Source: Planctomycetota bacterium | GTDB lineage: Bacteria; Planctomycetota; UBA1135; UBA2386 | NCBI GenBank assembly: GCA_965228735.1 | Contig: OZ245838.1 | Span: forward strand, 2,432,001 to 2,496,000 | Length of the DNA stretch: 64,000 nt | Direction of reading: 5' to 3' | Part shown: positions 17,860-27,521 of the stretch, piece after piece | Numbering within the stretch: position 1 is the first letter of the stretch | How the letters are laid out: each line of letters opens with the position of its first letter | The notes under the pieces: generated by a model | Seen by the model: the letters and a program-made list of their open reading frames with translations, nothing else | Told to the model about the DNA's origin: nothing | Database searches by the model: none | Translations under genes and position numbers: made by a program

Positions 17860-20544
17860 ATGCCGACCCGCTCGCTGCCGCCGTTCTGCCTGCTGTTGCT
17901 CGCCACTGCCTGTTCGCTGTCGCAGAGCGGGCGCGACCAGCCCCTGACGTTTCCCAACGAAGCGGCGAAGTGGCGCTACGAGCGCTACCTCGACGAGCAC
18001 GGCGCGATTCCGGCGCAGGCGTGGGAGCGGGCGGGCCGCGCGCGGGATCGAACTGTCACCGCGACCGCGATGTTGGATGACGGTCCGGGCATCAGCCCGC
18101 AAGCGTGGACGCAGCGCGGCCCGGACAACGTCGCCGGCCGCACGCGGTCGATCGCGATCGACCCGAGCAACCCGCAACGGATCTGGGTCGGCGCGGTCAG
18201 CGGCGGGCTCTGGAAGAGCGAGGACGGCGGTTCGACCTGGGCGCTCATCGACGACTGGTGGAGCAACCTGTCGGTCGGGTGCATCGCGCTGCATCCGAAC
18301 GACCCGGACCACATCCGGATCGGCACCGGCGAAGGGTTCTGGTCGCTCGCGCATCTGCAGCGCAGCTTCTCGCACTTCGTGCGCGGGGCTGGGATGTTCG
18401 AGAGCACGGATGGCGGGGCGACGTGGACGCAGGTGCCTGGCACCGCGACCTGGCAGCACATCACGCGTATCGCCATCTCCGAGGCCAACCCCAACGTGAT
18501 CCTCGCGTCGCGGCGACCCGGCGGCATCGCGCGGTCGACCGACGGCGGGCAGACCTGGACCGACGTCGCGACCGGTCTGGTCGCGAGTCCTTTCTCGTAT
18601 CAGGTGCTGTTCGATCCCAATGACGCCAGCAAGGCCGTGGCCCACCTCGCGCCCGCGTCGGTGGCGAGCCATCACGTGATCCGTTCGACGGACGGCGGCC
18701 TGACCTGGCAGTTCGCGAGCTCGGGCCTCGGCAGCGTGAGCGGCGAGTTCTCGCGCATCGAGCTCGCCTATGCGGCATCCGACCCTGGCATGGTCTACGC
18801 GTCGGTCGGCTCGAGCGGCAAGGTGTGGCGTTCGACCGATGACGGGCACACCTGGGTGCAGCGGACGGGCAGCACCAACACGGGAACGTCGTACTACTAC
18901 AACGCGCTGTGGGTCGATCCGACCGACAGCAGTCGGCTGCTCGTCGGCAGCACCCGCGTCCGCCGCTCCACCAACGGTGGACAGTCGTTCTCGACGATCG
19001 CCAACGGCTACATCATGACAACGGAACCGCACCCGGACGTGCACGCGTTCGTGCCGGCGCCGGGCTTCGACGGCTCGTCCAACCGGCGCGTCTACGTCGC
19101 GACCGACGGCGGCGTGCACGTCGCGGCCGACTACCTGACGGCGTCGACGAGCGGCGGCTGGACCGATCTCGACCGGACGATGCGCTCGACGCAGTTCTAT
19201 GCGGCGGCCGGCCATCACAGCGGTGACAAGATCATCGGCGGCACGCAGGACAACGGCACGCTGCGGGTCGCCGGTGCCAGCCCGACGGCCAACCTCGTGT
19301 TCGGCGGCGACGGCGGCCACGTGCAGATCGACCCGACCGACCCCAACTACAGCTACGGCGAGTACCAGTATCTCGGCGTGCATCGCTCGACCAACGGCGG
19401 CAACTCGGCGTCGACGATCACCGCCGGACTCGGCGATGTCGGCTCCGGCCGTTCGAACTTCATCGCGCCGCTCGAGCTCGACCCCAACGACCCTGATCGG
19501 CTGTATGCCGGCGGCCGCAGCCTCTGGCGCACGTCGAATGCACGCACGGGCGCCAACTGGTCCGCGATCAAGAGCAACGTCGGCAGCCTGATCGCGGCGA
19601 TCGCGATCACGCCCGGCGTGCCCGACCGCATCTTCGTCGGCCACAACGACGGCCGGCTCTACCGGACGACCAACGGCACGGCAGGTTCACCGACGTGGAC
19701 CGCGATCGATGACAACGCGGGCAACGACCCGTTGCCCGATCGCGTCATCACGCGGCTCGTCGTCGATCCCTCGAACCCGAACGTCGTCTACGCCTGCTTC
19801 GGTGGGTTCGCGACCGACAACGTCTGGCGTTCGAGCGACGCGGGACTGACGTGGACGGCGCGACCCGGCGCGAGTCCGTTCGCGCTGCCGGCTGCGCCGG
19901 TCTACGGACTCGCCGTGCACCCCGACGACGGCGATGTCCTGTATGCCGCGACCGAGGTCGGGCTGTTCGCGTCCGGCGATGGCGGCATGAACTGGTCGAC
20001 GACCAACGAAGGGCCGGCGAACGTCGTCTGCGAGGAGGTCACGTTCGCCCACGGCACGGGGCCGCGCCGGCTCGTGCTCGCGACGCTGGGCCGCGGGTTG
20101 TGGACCGCGGACGTGGTGCTGCCAACGGTCGCGACGTTCGGCACGGCTTGCGCGGGACACGGTTCGCCGCCCGTGCTCGGCGTCGACCCGCTGCATCCGG
20201 CGCGCGTCGGCCGCACGTTGACGTTGACGGCCACCGGTTTGCTGGCCGGTCAACCAGGAGCGTGGGTCGCGCTCGGCTTGTCCGACACCGCGTGGTCCGG
20301 CGGCGCCCTGCCCTACCCACTCGACGGCTTCGGCATGACCGGTTGCACGCTGCAGACCAGCGTCGAGGCCACCCTCATGGCGCCGGTCTCGGGCGCCGGC
20401 GAAGCGCAGTGGAGCCTGCCGATGCCGGCCGCGCCGAACCTGCTCGGGCTGCCGCTCTTCGCGCAGGCCTTCGGGGCCGAGCCGGGCGCCAACCCGGCCG
20501 GCTTCGTCACCTCGCGACCGCTGGCGATGACGTTGGGCTGGTAG
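17860..20544 (+). CDS. Putative lipoprotein with BNR/Asp-box (VPS10/GH74-like) repeats and the shared C-terminal module
   Basis: LATAC lipobox; GPDNVAGRTR; repeated SxDGGxTW; GGTQDNG; ATLGRGLW; C-terminal module. Confidence 0.82.
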   Translation: MPTRSLPPFCLLLLATACSLSQSGRDQPLTFPNEAAKWRYERYLDEHGAIPAQAWERAGRARDRTVTATAMLDDGPGISPQAWTQRGPDNVAGRTRSIAIDPSNPQRIWVGAVSGGLWKSEDGGSTWALIDDWWSNLSVGCIALHPNDPDHIRIGTGEGFWSLAHLQRSFSHFVRGAGMFESTDGGATWTQVPGTATWQHITRIAISEANPNVILASRRPGGIARSTDGGQTWTDVATGLVASPFSYQVLFDPNDASKAVAHLAPASVASHHVIRSTDGGLTWQFASSGLGSVSGEFSRIELAYAASDPGMVYASVGSSGKVWRSTDDGHTWVQRTGSTNTGTSYYYNALWVDPTDSSRLLVGSTRVRRSTNGGQSFSTIANGYIMTTEPHPDVHAFVPAPGFDGSSNRRVYVATDGGVHVAADYLTASTSGGWTDLDRTMRSTQFYAAAGHHSGDKIIGGTQDNGTLRVAGASPTANLVFGGDGGHVQIDPTDPNYSYGEYQYLGVHRSTNGGNSASTITAGLGDVGSGRSNFIAPLELDPNDPDRLYAGGRSLWRTSNARTGANWSAIKSNVGSLIAAIAITPGVPDRIFVGHNDGRLYRTTNGTAGSPTWTAIDDNAGNDPLPDRVITRLVVDPSNPNVVYACFGGFATDNVWRSSDAGLTWTARPGASPFALPAAPVYGLAVHPDDGDVLYAATEVGLFASGDGGMNWSTTNEGPANVVCEEVTFAHGTGPRRLVLATLGRGLWTADVVLPTVATFGTACAGHGSPPVLGVDPLHPARVGRTLTLTATGLLAGQPGAWVALGLSDTAWSGGALPYPLDGFGMTGCTLQTSVEATLMAPVSGAGEAQWSLPMPAAPNLLGLPLFAQAFGAEPGANPAGFVTSRPLAMTLGW

Positions 20545-20559
20545 CCGGCCCGATTGCCG

Positions 20560-21621
20560 CTACCGCCGCTGCTTCAGCAGCCCGACCATCGCCTCGCCCA
20601 TCGCCAGCCCGACGTTCATGTAGGTCTTGGCGTTGCCGCCGTAGTGCGCGTTGGAGCTCGAGCCCATGCTGAGCGGGTTGGTGTAGACGGTCGCGACGCT
20701 GCCCTTCAGCTTGCGGTTCTCGGCCAGATCGAACATGCCCTTCAGGATCAGCTCCTCGTTGCCCTTGGCCGACTTCTTGTCGGTCTGGCCGAGCGTCGCG
20801 CACACGAACTTCGCCTTCGGCGCGTCGAACTCCGCGCGCAGTGCGTCGACGAGCCGCACGAGGTTCTCGCCGTACTTGCTCGCGAGACCTTCGTCGTAGC
20901 GGTCCTTGTCACCCTGCCACCACAGGAAGCCCGCAACCTCGTAGCGTTTGGCGCCGGGGTAGTACTTGCCGAGGTCCTGCAGCACGGCCTTCGCGCGCGC
21001 GACGTCGCCGGCGAACTGACAGCCTGCCGTCCATCCGATCGGCTTCGGCTCGGTGCCCTTCTCCCATTTCATCGGGGTCTGGCCGTAGCCCGCGTAAACG
21101 AACGTCTTGCCGCTCTTCTGGTCCACGAACTCGAACGACTCGGAGCCCGGCGGCAGCAGGTCCCAGCCGAGACTGCGGTTGCCGATCGCGCTCTTCAGGA
21201 TCAGGACCGGCGCATCGATCGCGTTCCCGAGCTGGTGGCCGATGCCTTGTTCGATCCCGATCTTCTTGCCCGAGACCGTCAGCCAGTCGTTGCGCTTGAC
21301 GCGGTTCTTGCCGGGTCCGCCGCTGCCCATGACGTGCACGTTGCGCACGTCCCGGCGGCTCGTCCAGTTCCCCAACTCGTCGACCATGAACGGGTAGAGC
21401 CCTTCTTCCTTCACCGCGTGCTCGAGCGAACCCTCGCCACCCTTCACCTTGCCCATCTCGAGCGTGTTGGACTGCCCCATGATGATGAAGACCTGCACGG
21501 GCTTCGTCATCTTCGCGGGCTTGCCGTCGGGGTCCGGCAGGTCCTGCGCCGCTGCCGCCAGCGCGAGGCTGGTCGCGGTGAACAGACGGATCAGGACGCT
21601 CGCGGGGCTGGTCTCTCGCAT
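20560..21621 (-). CDS. Secreted SGNH esterase (sialate O-acetylesterase/SASA-like)
   Basis: FIIMGQSN, WWQGDKD, AHYGGNA; signal peptide. Confidence 0.85.
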   Translation of the reverse strand: MRETSPASVLIRLFTATSLALAAAAQDLPDPDGKPAKMTKPVQVFIIMGQSNTLEMGKVKGGEGSLEHAVKEEGLYPFMVDELGNWTSRRDVRNVHVMGSGGPGKNRVKRNDWLTVSGKKIGIEQGIGHQLGNAIDAPVLILKSAIGNRSLGWDLLPPGSESFEFVDQKSGKTFVYAGYGQTPMKWEKGTEPKPIGWTAGCQFAGDVARAKAVLQDLGKYYPGAKRYEVAGFLWWQGDKDRYDEGLASKYGENLVRLVDALRAEFDAPKAKFVCATLGQTDKKSAKGNEELILKGMFDLAENRKLKGSVATVYTNPLSMGSSSNAHYGGNAKTYMNVGLAMGEAMVGLLKQRR

Positions 21622-21725
21622 GGGGGTTGGTCGCGCACTGTAGCACGCCCCCTCGGGCGAGGCTCGGCTGCCGCAACCCGCTGCGCGTGAGCCCCACCGA
21701 TCACGTTCGCGGCGAACGGACGCCC

Positions 21726-22931
21726 CTACTTCGGCGCCGCCTCGTACCGATCCCGCAAGTCCTGCGCGCGCCGCTCCGCGTCCTTGGCGGCACGTGCGCG
21801 GCCGAGGAACTTGTCGATGCGCTTCGCGAACCGATCGTGCGTGCGGTCCTTGTAGGCCGGGAACAACACGGGGCGCCTGGCCTGCACCGCGAGCCACTCG
21901 CGCTCGTCCTTGAGTCGCGCGAGATTGTGCCCCGCTTTCTCGAGCTGCTTCTCGTGCTCGCGCGCGGCCTTGCCGGCGGTGCGCGGGAACGCGGTCGCGA
22001 GCGCATCGACGTATCGCAGGAACGCGCCGAACTCGCGCCGGCGCTCCGACGCCTCGCGCATCGCGCGCAGCCACGTCAGTTCGGTCTCACGGATCTTGTC
22101 GCTCAGGTACTGCGCGTCTGAACGCAGCATCCCGTCACCCGCGCGCTCGGCATCGTCGTGAGCGCGGTGCGCCAAGGCCGCCGCTTTGGACAACTCGCCG
22201 GCGTAGTACTCCTCGAGCGCCGCGCCGAGGTCGGCCCCGAGATCGCGCTCGATGCGCGCGGCGCCGAGGCGGGCAAGGGCGTCGTCGACCGCTGCCAGGA
22301 ACGCGCGCTTGTCCGCGACGGCGTCGCCGCTCCAGACGAGCTCGCCGCTGCGCCCGATCACGAACACGGTGCGGTGCGCGGGCCTGGCCGCGACGACGTA
22401 GGGACTCGTGCTCTCGCCCAGCGCGGCGATCGCCACGGGCCAGTCGAGCCCGGAATCGCTCGCATGCTGCTCGGCCCGCTCACCCGGGTCCATGATGGAG
22501 ATCGGCTGCAGGTCGCGATCCGCGTTGGCGCGCGCGAGGTCGCGAACGAGTCCCAGCACGTCGAGCCGCGACTCGGAGTCGCGCCAATCGATCGCGTGGA
22601 TCAGCAACACCTTGCCGTGGTGCCTGGCGAGTCCCGCTGCCGACTTGCCGCCGAGCAGCTCGTCGAGTTCACCGAGACCCTCGATCGGGCGGACGCCGTT
22701 GCCGTCCAGGATCTTGCCGATGACGCGGCTCGGACGTTCGTCGGCCCCCCGCCAGGTGTCGATGCCGAGCTCCGGCGCGGGCCGGCCGACGGCGAGCGGC
22801 AGCGCAGCGGCGCGCTCGTCCGCATCGGGCCTGGCCCCCTCCTGTGAAACGGTTGGCGCGGACAACGCGGCGGCAGCGAGCGCGAAGGCCAACGGGATAG
22901 CTCGGATACGACGGCGGGTTCCGGAAGGCAT
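21726..22931 (-). CDS. Secreted protein with degenerate thioredoxin-like (TlpA-like) domain and helical C-terminus
   Basis: Signal peptide; VGRPAPEL, GKVLLIH, TVFVIGRSGELVWSG; no CxxC. Confidence 0.55.
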   Translation of the reverse strand: MPSGTRRRIRAIPLAFALAAAALSAPTVSQEGARPDADERAAALPLAVGRPAPELGIDTWRGADERPSRVIGKILDGNGVRPIEGLGELDELLGGKSAAGLARHHGKVLLIHAIDWRDSESRLDVLGLVRDLARANADRDLQPISIMDPGERAEQHASDSGLDWPVAIAALGESTSPYVVAARPAHRTVFVIGRSGELVWSGDAVADKRAFLAAVDDALARLGAARIERDLGADLGAALEEYYAGELSKAAALAHRAHDDAERAGDGMLRSDAQYLSDKIRETELTWLRAMREASERRREFGAFLRYVDALATAFPRTAGKAAREHEKQLEKAGHNLARLKDEREWLAVQARRPVLFPAYKDRTHDRFAKRIDKFLGRARAAKDAERRAQDLRDRYEAAPK

Positions 22932-23166
22932 GGACGACTCAGGCTCGAGGATTCGGTGCCGGCGCGGGGTATGGCCGGCAGAACGGGGAATTGTTGCAGA
23001 GCGGGCGCATGCTGTGGTTCGCGGGCAGGACAACCCGGCGGGATTCGACTCTCCGAGCAATTGACGTACCGACGGTGGTCCGACGCTGCACGAACGACCG
23101 CGGTGACAGGTCGGAAACCCGCGATCCCGACGCCCGCCGATCCTGCCCACTGCCTATCGTCGGGCG

Positions 23167-23781
23167 ATGCTCCTGACCCGACACTTCGTCTTCATCCACG
23201 TGATGAAGACCGGCGGCTCGACGGTGCGCAAGACCCTGGAGGACATCGCGCCGCCGGAATGGCGGCTGCAAAGCGTCGCATTGCACCCGACCCATGCCGA
23301 CATCCCCGCCAGCCACGCGGAGCTGCCGCGACTCGCGTTCGTTCGCAATCCGTACTCGTGGTACGTGTCGTGGTTCCACTATCAGCGCGAGAAGGTGCGG
23401 GACGACTACTGGCTCCAGATCACCGACAACGGGCGACTCGGCTTCGCCGACAGCATGCGTCGGGCGCTCACCGGCAGCCCGGCGCTGGCCCTCGGCGAAG
23501 GACCGTTCCTGCAATACCTGTGGACGGCGCTCGGGCGCGGACTCGAGGGTGTGCACGTCGGCAGGATGGAACACCTGGGGCCCGATCTGCTCAGGATGCT
23601 GCGCAAATGCTGTGACCTGGAGCCGGCCATGATCGAAGCGATCGAGCGCATCCCCGTGCGGAACGCGAGCACCCACGCGCACTACGCGAGCTACTACGAC
23701 GACGAGCTGCGGCAGTTGATCGCCGAGAAGGACGGGCCGATCTTCGACCACTTCGGCTACGCGTGGGAGGACCGCGATTAG
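23167..23781 (+). CDS. Sulfotransferase family protein
   Basis: FVFIHVMKTGGST (5'-PSB), FVRNPYSWYVSW (3'-PB), YYD...D...FGY. Confidence 0.85.
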   Translation: MLLTRHFVFIHVMKTGGSTVRKTLEDIAPPEWRLQSVALHPTHADIPASHAELPRLAFVRNPYSWYVSWFHYQREKVRDDYWLQITDNGRLGFADSMRRALTGSPALALGEGPFLQYLWTALGRGLEGVHVGRMEHLGPDLLRMLRKCCDLEPAMIEAIERIPVRNASTHAHYASYYDDELRQLIAEKDGPIFDHFGYAWEDRD

Positions 23782-23797
23782 CCAGAATGGCTGGAGG

Positions 23798-24976
23798 TCA
23801 GGAGCCGCGCTGCGGCCGCCTGACCTTGGCGCGGTGGCTGAACGACGCCTTGACGTCGGGGCGCCCCATGTTGGCCACCGAGCAGTTCTCGCACACGTCG
23901 CGCAGCTGGAAGCCATACAGCTGGTTCCGCAGCTCCTGGTACTTCTCCCCGGTCCAGATCTGCTCGAACGTCTGGGTCTTGAAGTCACCGAACGTCGTGA
24001 ACTCGAACCAGCAGCCGCACGGGAACACCGTGCCGTCCGGGTTGACGTGGATGTAGAACCACGGGAAGTAACACGGCCGGTTGTGGTGCTCCTTCTCCTT
24101 GACCTTGAGCAGGAACTCGCGGTTCTTGTGATTCAAGTACTCGGCGACCTCGGGTGACATCGCGAGGTCGCCCGCATCGACGCCGGGGGCCAGCAGCGCA
24201 TTGCCACCACCCTCGTCGCTGCGCGCCTGGTCCGTGACCGGCTCGGCCGTGCGCATGTCATCGGCGATCGGGAACGGCAGCACGACGTTCATTCCGACCT
24301 CGTCCGCCACGCGGCGAGCCTCTTCGATCGTCTCGTTGCAGAGGCGCGGCTCGTTCATCAACGACTCGTCCTCGACGCCGAGGCCGCCGATGACCGCCAT
24401 GTGGACGAAGTTCATGTCGCGCACGCCGCGCTCCTTGAAGAAGCGGATCATCTGCGGCACCTCGCGGATGTTGCTGCGCATCAGCACGCAGGTGACCGAG
24501 ACGTGCGGCAGCTCGCTGCCGCGCGCCCGCTTGCGGTCAGCGATGATGTCGAAGCGACGCAGGAACGGCTCCCACTTCCCGGGCTTGCGGATCTTCTCGA
24601 ACGTCGCCTTCGTGGCGGCGTCGCAGCTGACCGTGAGGACGGGCATGCGACTGTCGATGATCGTGTCCATGATCGCATCGGTCATCGCCAGGCAGTTGGT
24701 GCTGAAGTGGAAGTTCGGCACCTCGTACTTGCGGCACAGTTCGAGCGCGCGCGGCAGCTCCGCAGCGAGCAGCGGCTCGGCGCTCGACGACAGCACCACG
24801 TCGTGAGCCCGCGGGAAGACCTCGCCGGCGACCTTCTCGAGCAGATCGCGCCCCATGGTGACCGGGCTCTCCTGGAACTCTGGATGCGCGAAGTGGCACA
24901 TCACGCAGCGCAGCTGGCAACGGGTCACCATGTCGATCTTGACACGGAGAAAGCGACCTTCTCTTAGCCTCGGCAT
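23798..24976 (-). CDS. Radical SAM protein with SPASM/twitch domain
   Basis: CQLRCVMC; C-terminal CYFPW...DGTVFPC...CENC. Confidence 0.9.
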   Translation of the reverse strand: MPRLREGRFLRVKIDMVTRCQLRCVMCHFAHPEFQESPVTMGRDLLEKVAGEVFPRAHDVVLSSSAEPLLAAELPRALELCRKYEVPNFHFSTNCLAMTDAIMDTIIDSRMPVLTVSCDAATKATFEKIRKPGKWEPFLRRFDIIADRKRARGSELPHVSVTCVLMRSNIREVPQMIRFFKERGVRDMNFVHMAVIGGLGVEDESLMNEPRLCNETIEEARRVADEVGMNVVLPFPIADDMRTAEPVTDQARSDEGGGNALLAPGVDAGDLAMSPEVAEYLNHKNREFLLKVKEKEHHNRPCYFPWFYIHVNPDGTVFPCGCWFEFTTFGDFKTQTFEQIWTGEKYQELRNQLYGFQLRDVCENCSVANMGRPDVKASFSHRAKVRRPQRGS

Positions 24977-25064
24977 CCAGGCGCGGGATGGTAATCGATC
25001 GGACGGGCCTGTCGAATGCCTCCTTCCAATCGGACTGGGCGTAATCGAGGAAAGGAGCGGACCA

Positions 25065-25442
25065 ATGAAGACGGACGACCGTCAGTACCTAGCGAGTCAC
25101 GAATGGTGCCTGCTCAGCGACGGAATCGCGCAGATCGGCGTGACGAGCGTCGGGCTGGCTCAGATGGCCGTTCCCGTGTTCCTCGATCTCCCCGCGGCGG
25201 GGACCGCCGTCGCAGCCGGTCGACCGTTCGCCGAGTTCGAGACGGCGCGCGGGGTCTTCGACCTGATCTCGCCCGTCAGCGGCGAGATCCTCGAGGTCAA
25301 TCACACGCTCGTCGAACGACTCGATGAGCTCGCCGCCGATCCGCTCACTGCCGGTTGGATGATCCGGGTCAGGTTCGAGTCCGCGGCACCGGAGCTGCTC
25401 GATGCGGCCGCCTACCAGCGGCACTGCGACACGTCGCCTTAG
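25065..25442 (+). CDS. Glycine cleavage H-protein-like, lipoyl Lys replaced by Arg
   Basis: AAGGAG RBS; YLASHEW, IGVT, SPVSGEILEVN, DPLTAGWM; ETAR in place of ESVK. Confidence 0.8.
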   Translation: MKTDDRQYLASHEWCLLSDGIAQIGVTSVGLAQMAVPVFLDLPAAGTAVAAGRPFAEFETARGVFDLISPVSGEILEVNHTLVERLDELAADPLTAGWMIRVRFESAAPELLDAAAYQRHCDTSP

Positions 25443-26395
25443 AGCCCACTTCGGGCTAGTGGATCCGGCCGCACGGGCACGGGCGGGATCTGCTCGGCAG
25501 GGAACTCGCCCTCGATCGAGAGGTCGAACAGCTTCGCATCGAACGGCCCCGCGCGACCGCTCGACCATATCTTGGACCCGAAGGTGACGTCTTCTGCGGG
25601 GTCGCCCCGGTGCTCGCCGAGCACCGTCCACGCCGCGTCGTCTCGGTGGAGCGATCGGACCAGGTCGCCGCGACGTTCGAGCCGGAACGCCCCCTCGCTT
25701 CCCGTCACCGGCACCGGGCTCCCGAACACCTCGTTGCTGAAGTTGGCCAGCAGTTCGTGCGGCGTGCCAAAAGAAGCCCGCCGTTGCGCGTAGTAGCGCA
25801 GGCGGGAAGGCAGGTCCTGCGCGAACAGCGCGAGGCAGACCGACGCCTCGCCGGGCTGCCAGTCGAGCAGCCGATAGCGCAGGGTCGCGACGAAGTCGCC
25901 GCGGACCAACGTCGGCACGTAGAAGCCGGACGAGGTGACCTCGCCGAGATCGCCGCGGTGCACCGTGATGCGCGCGTGATCCGCTCCGGCTATGACGTCG
26001 ACCCGGGCGCGCGCCGGAAAGCGGTACTTCGCGAGGCCGCGCTCGCGCAGGATGGGCGGCGCGCTGCCGAACGGCCACGTCAGCCCACCGCTGAGGTAGG
26101 AGTTGAACTCGATGAGCAACACGCGCATGCGCGCCACCGCGGTGCGGATCGAGTCCTCGGCGCGAGCCGTGGCGGCATCGTCCTCGACGCGACCGTCCGC
26201 CACCTCGTCCCAGGCCGTGCCCGCCTGCTGCAGCTCGGCCCGGAACGTCTTCAGCATGAGCGCCGCATCCGCGCCTTCCTGCGGTCGGAACGTCAGGTCC
26301 AGGCCCTCGGTTTCACCACCGACCTCACCCCGGATGTCGTGCTGTTCGCACGCTTCGAGGAAGGCGCGGCGCAGGCGTTCTGTGCGACTCGTCAT
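25439..26395 (-). CDS. Hypothetical protein (alpha/beta N-terminus plus beta-rich, ConA-like C-terminus)
   Basis: ATG 26395; GC3-rich frame; VRGDFVATLRY and GAFRLERRGD suggest a lectin-like sandwich. Confidence 0.55.
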   Translation of the reverse strand: MTSRTERLRRAFLEACEQHDIRGEVGGETEGLDLTFRPQEGADAALMLKTFRAELQQAGTAWDEVADGRVEDDAATARAEDSIRTAVARMRVLLIEFNSYLSGGLTWPFGSAPPILRERGLAKYRFPARARVDVIAGADHARITVHRGDLGEVTSSGFYVPTLVRGDFVATLRYRLLDWQPGEASVCLALFAQDLPSRLRYYAQRRASFGTPHELLANFSNEVFGSPVPVTGSEGAFRLERRGDLVRSLHRDDAAWTVLGEHRGDPAEDVTFGSKIWSSGRAGPFDAKLFDLSIEGEFPAEQIPPVPVRPDPLARSGL

Positions 26396-26608
26396 ATCGA
26401 GAATGGACCACGGCCCGACCACGCCTGGCACGAACCGGAGCGCGGCGCCAGGCGGCCGCCGAGGACGCACTCGATGAGCGCGATGTTCCTCGGCCCGGAA
26501 TGTAAGCGAACTCGGGGCACTCGCCAAACGGTGCACGTCACCGCGGGCAGCGTTCCTACGCGCGGACTTCCGGTGCGAACGCCGGCAACGCACCATTAGG
26601 CTGGCTGC

Positions 26609-27457
26609 ATGGTGGAATCAGGACAGGACCCATCGGGCGGCTTACGCGACAAGGTCGCCATCGTCACGGGTGGTGGCTGGAACATCGGGCGCGCGATCGC
26701 GCTGCGGCTCGCGTCTCGCGGCGCCAGGGTCGTCGTCGCATCTCGCCGAGCCGAACGGCTCGCCGCGGTGGTCGACGAGATCGAGCGCGCGGGCGGGAAC
26801 GCGCTCGCGGTAGCCTGCGACGTCACGCAGCTCGACTCGGTCGAGGACCTCGTCGCGCGGAGCGTCGAACGGTTCGGCACGGTCGACGCCATGGTCGCCT
26901 GCGCTGGCGGCAGCGGCGCGCACCTCCCGATCGATGAAGTCGATCCGAAGAGCTGGTGCCACGTGGTCGCGACGAACCTCTTCGGCACGTTCCACTGCGC
27001 GCGGGCCGTCCTGCCGACGTTCCGCAGGCAGGATCGCGGCGACATCGTGACGTTCACGGGTGGCGGCGCGTTCTTCCCCTGTCTGGGGCAGCACGCGACG
27101 GCATACGCGACCGCGAAGGCGGCGGTCTGCCGCTTCACCGATCAGCTCCAGGCCGAGCTGCTGGACACGGGCATTCGCGTGAACTGCATCGAGCCCGGCA
27201 TGGTCTGGAACCCGGACACCCTGGCGGCGATCGCCGCGGAGGAGGAGCGCACCGGTGTCCGCCACCCCGACCGGGACCGCAACCGATCGCCCGAGCTCGC
27301 GGCCGAGCTCGTCGAGTTCTTGCTGACCGACGCGGGCGCGACGGTCAGGGCGCGGATCCTGTCGGTCAACGACACGTGGTGGCGCGACCCGGCGCGAGTC
27401 GCGGCGATCGAACCGGACCTCGCGGCCTACCGCCTGCGGCGCAGCGAGCCATCGTGA
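26609..27457 (+). CDS. SDR family oxidoreductase
   Basis: VTGGGWNIG, YATAK, IRVNCIEPG. Confidence 0.92.
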   Translation: MVESGQDPSGGLRDKVAIVTGGGWNIGRAIALRLASRGARVVVASRRAERLAAVVDEIERAGGNALAVACDVTQLDSVEDLVARSVERFGTVDAMVACAGGSGAHLPIDEVDPKSWCHVVATNLFGTFHCARAVLPTFRRQDRGDIVTFTGGGAFFPCLGQHATAYATAKAAVCRFTDQLQAELLDTGIRVNCIEPGMVWNPDTLAAIAAEEERTGVRHPDRDRNRSPELAAELVEFLLTDAGATVRARILSVNDTWWRDPARVAAIEPDLAAYRLRRSEPS

Positions 27458-27521
27458 AGCCCACGTCGACGCGGTTTGCGCCGCGCCGGCGCGACGCCTC
27501 GATTCCGCGGACCTCGGCGTG

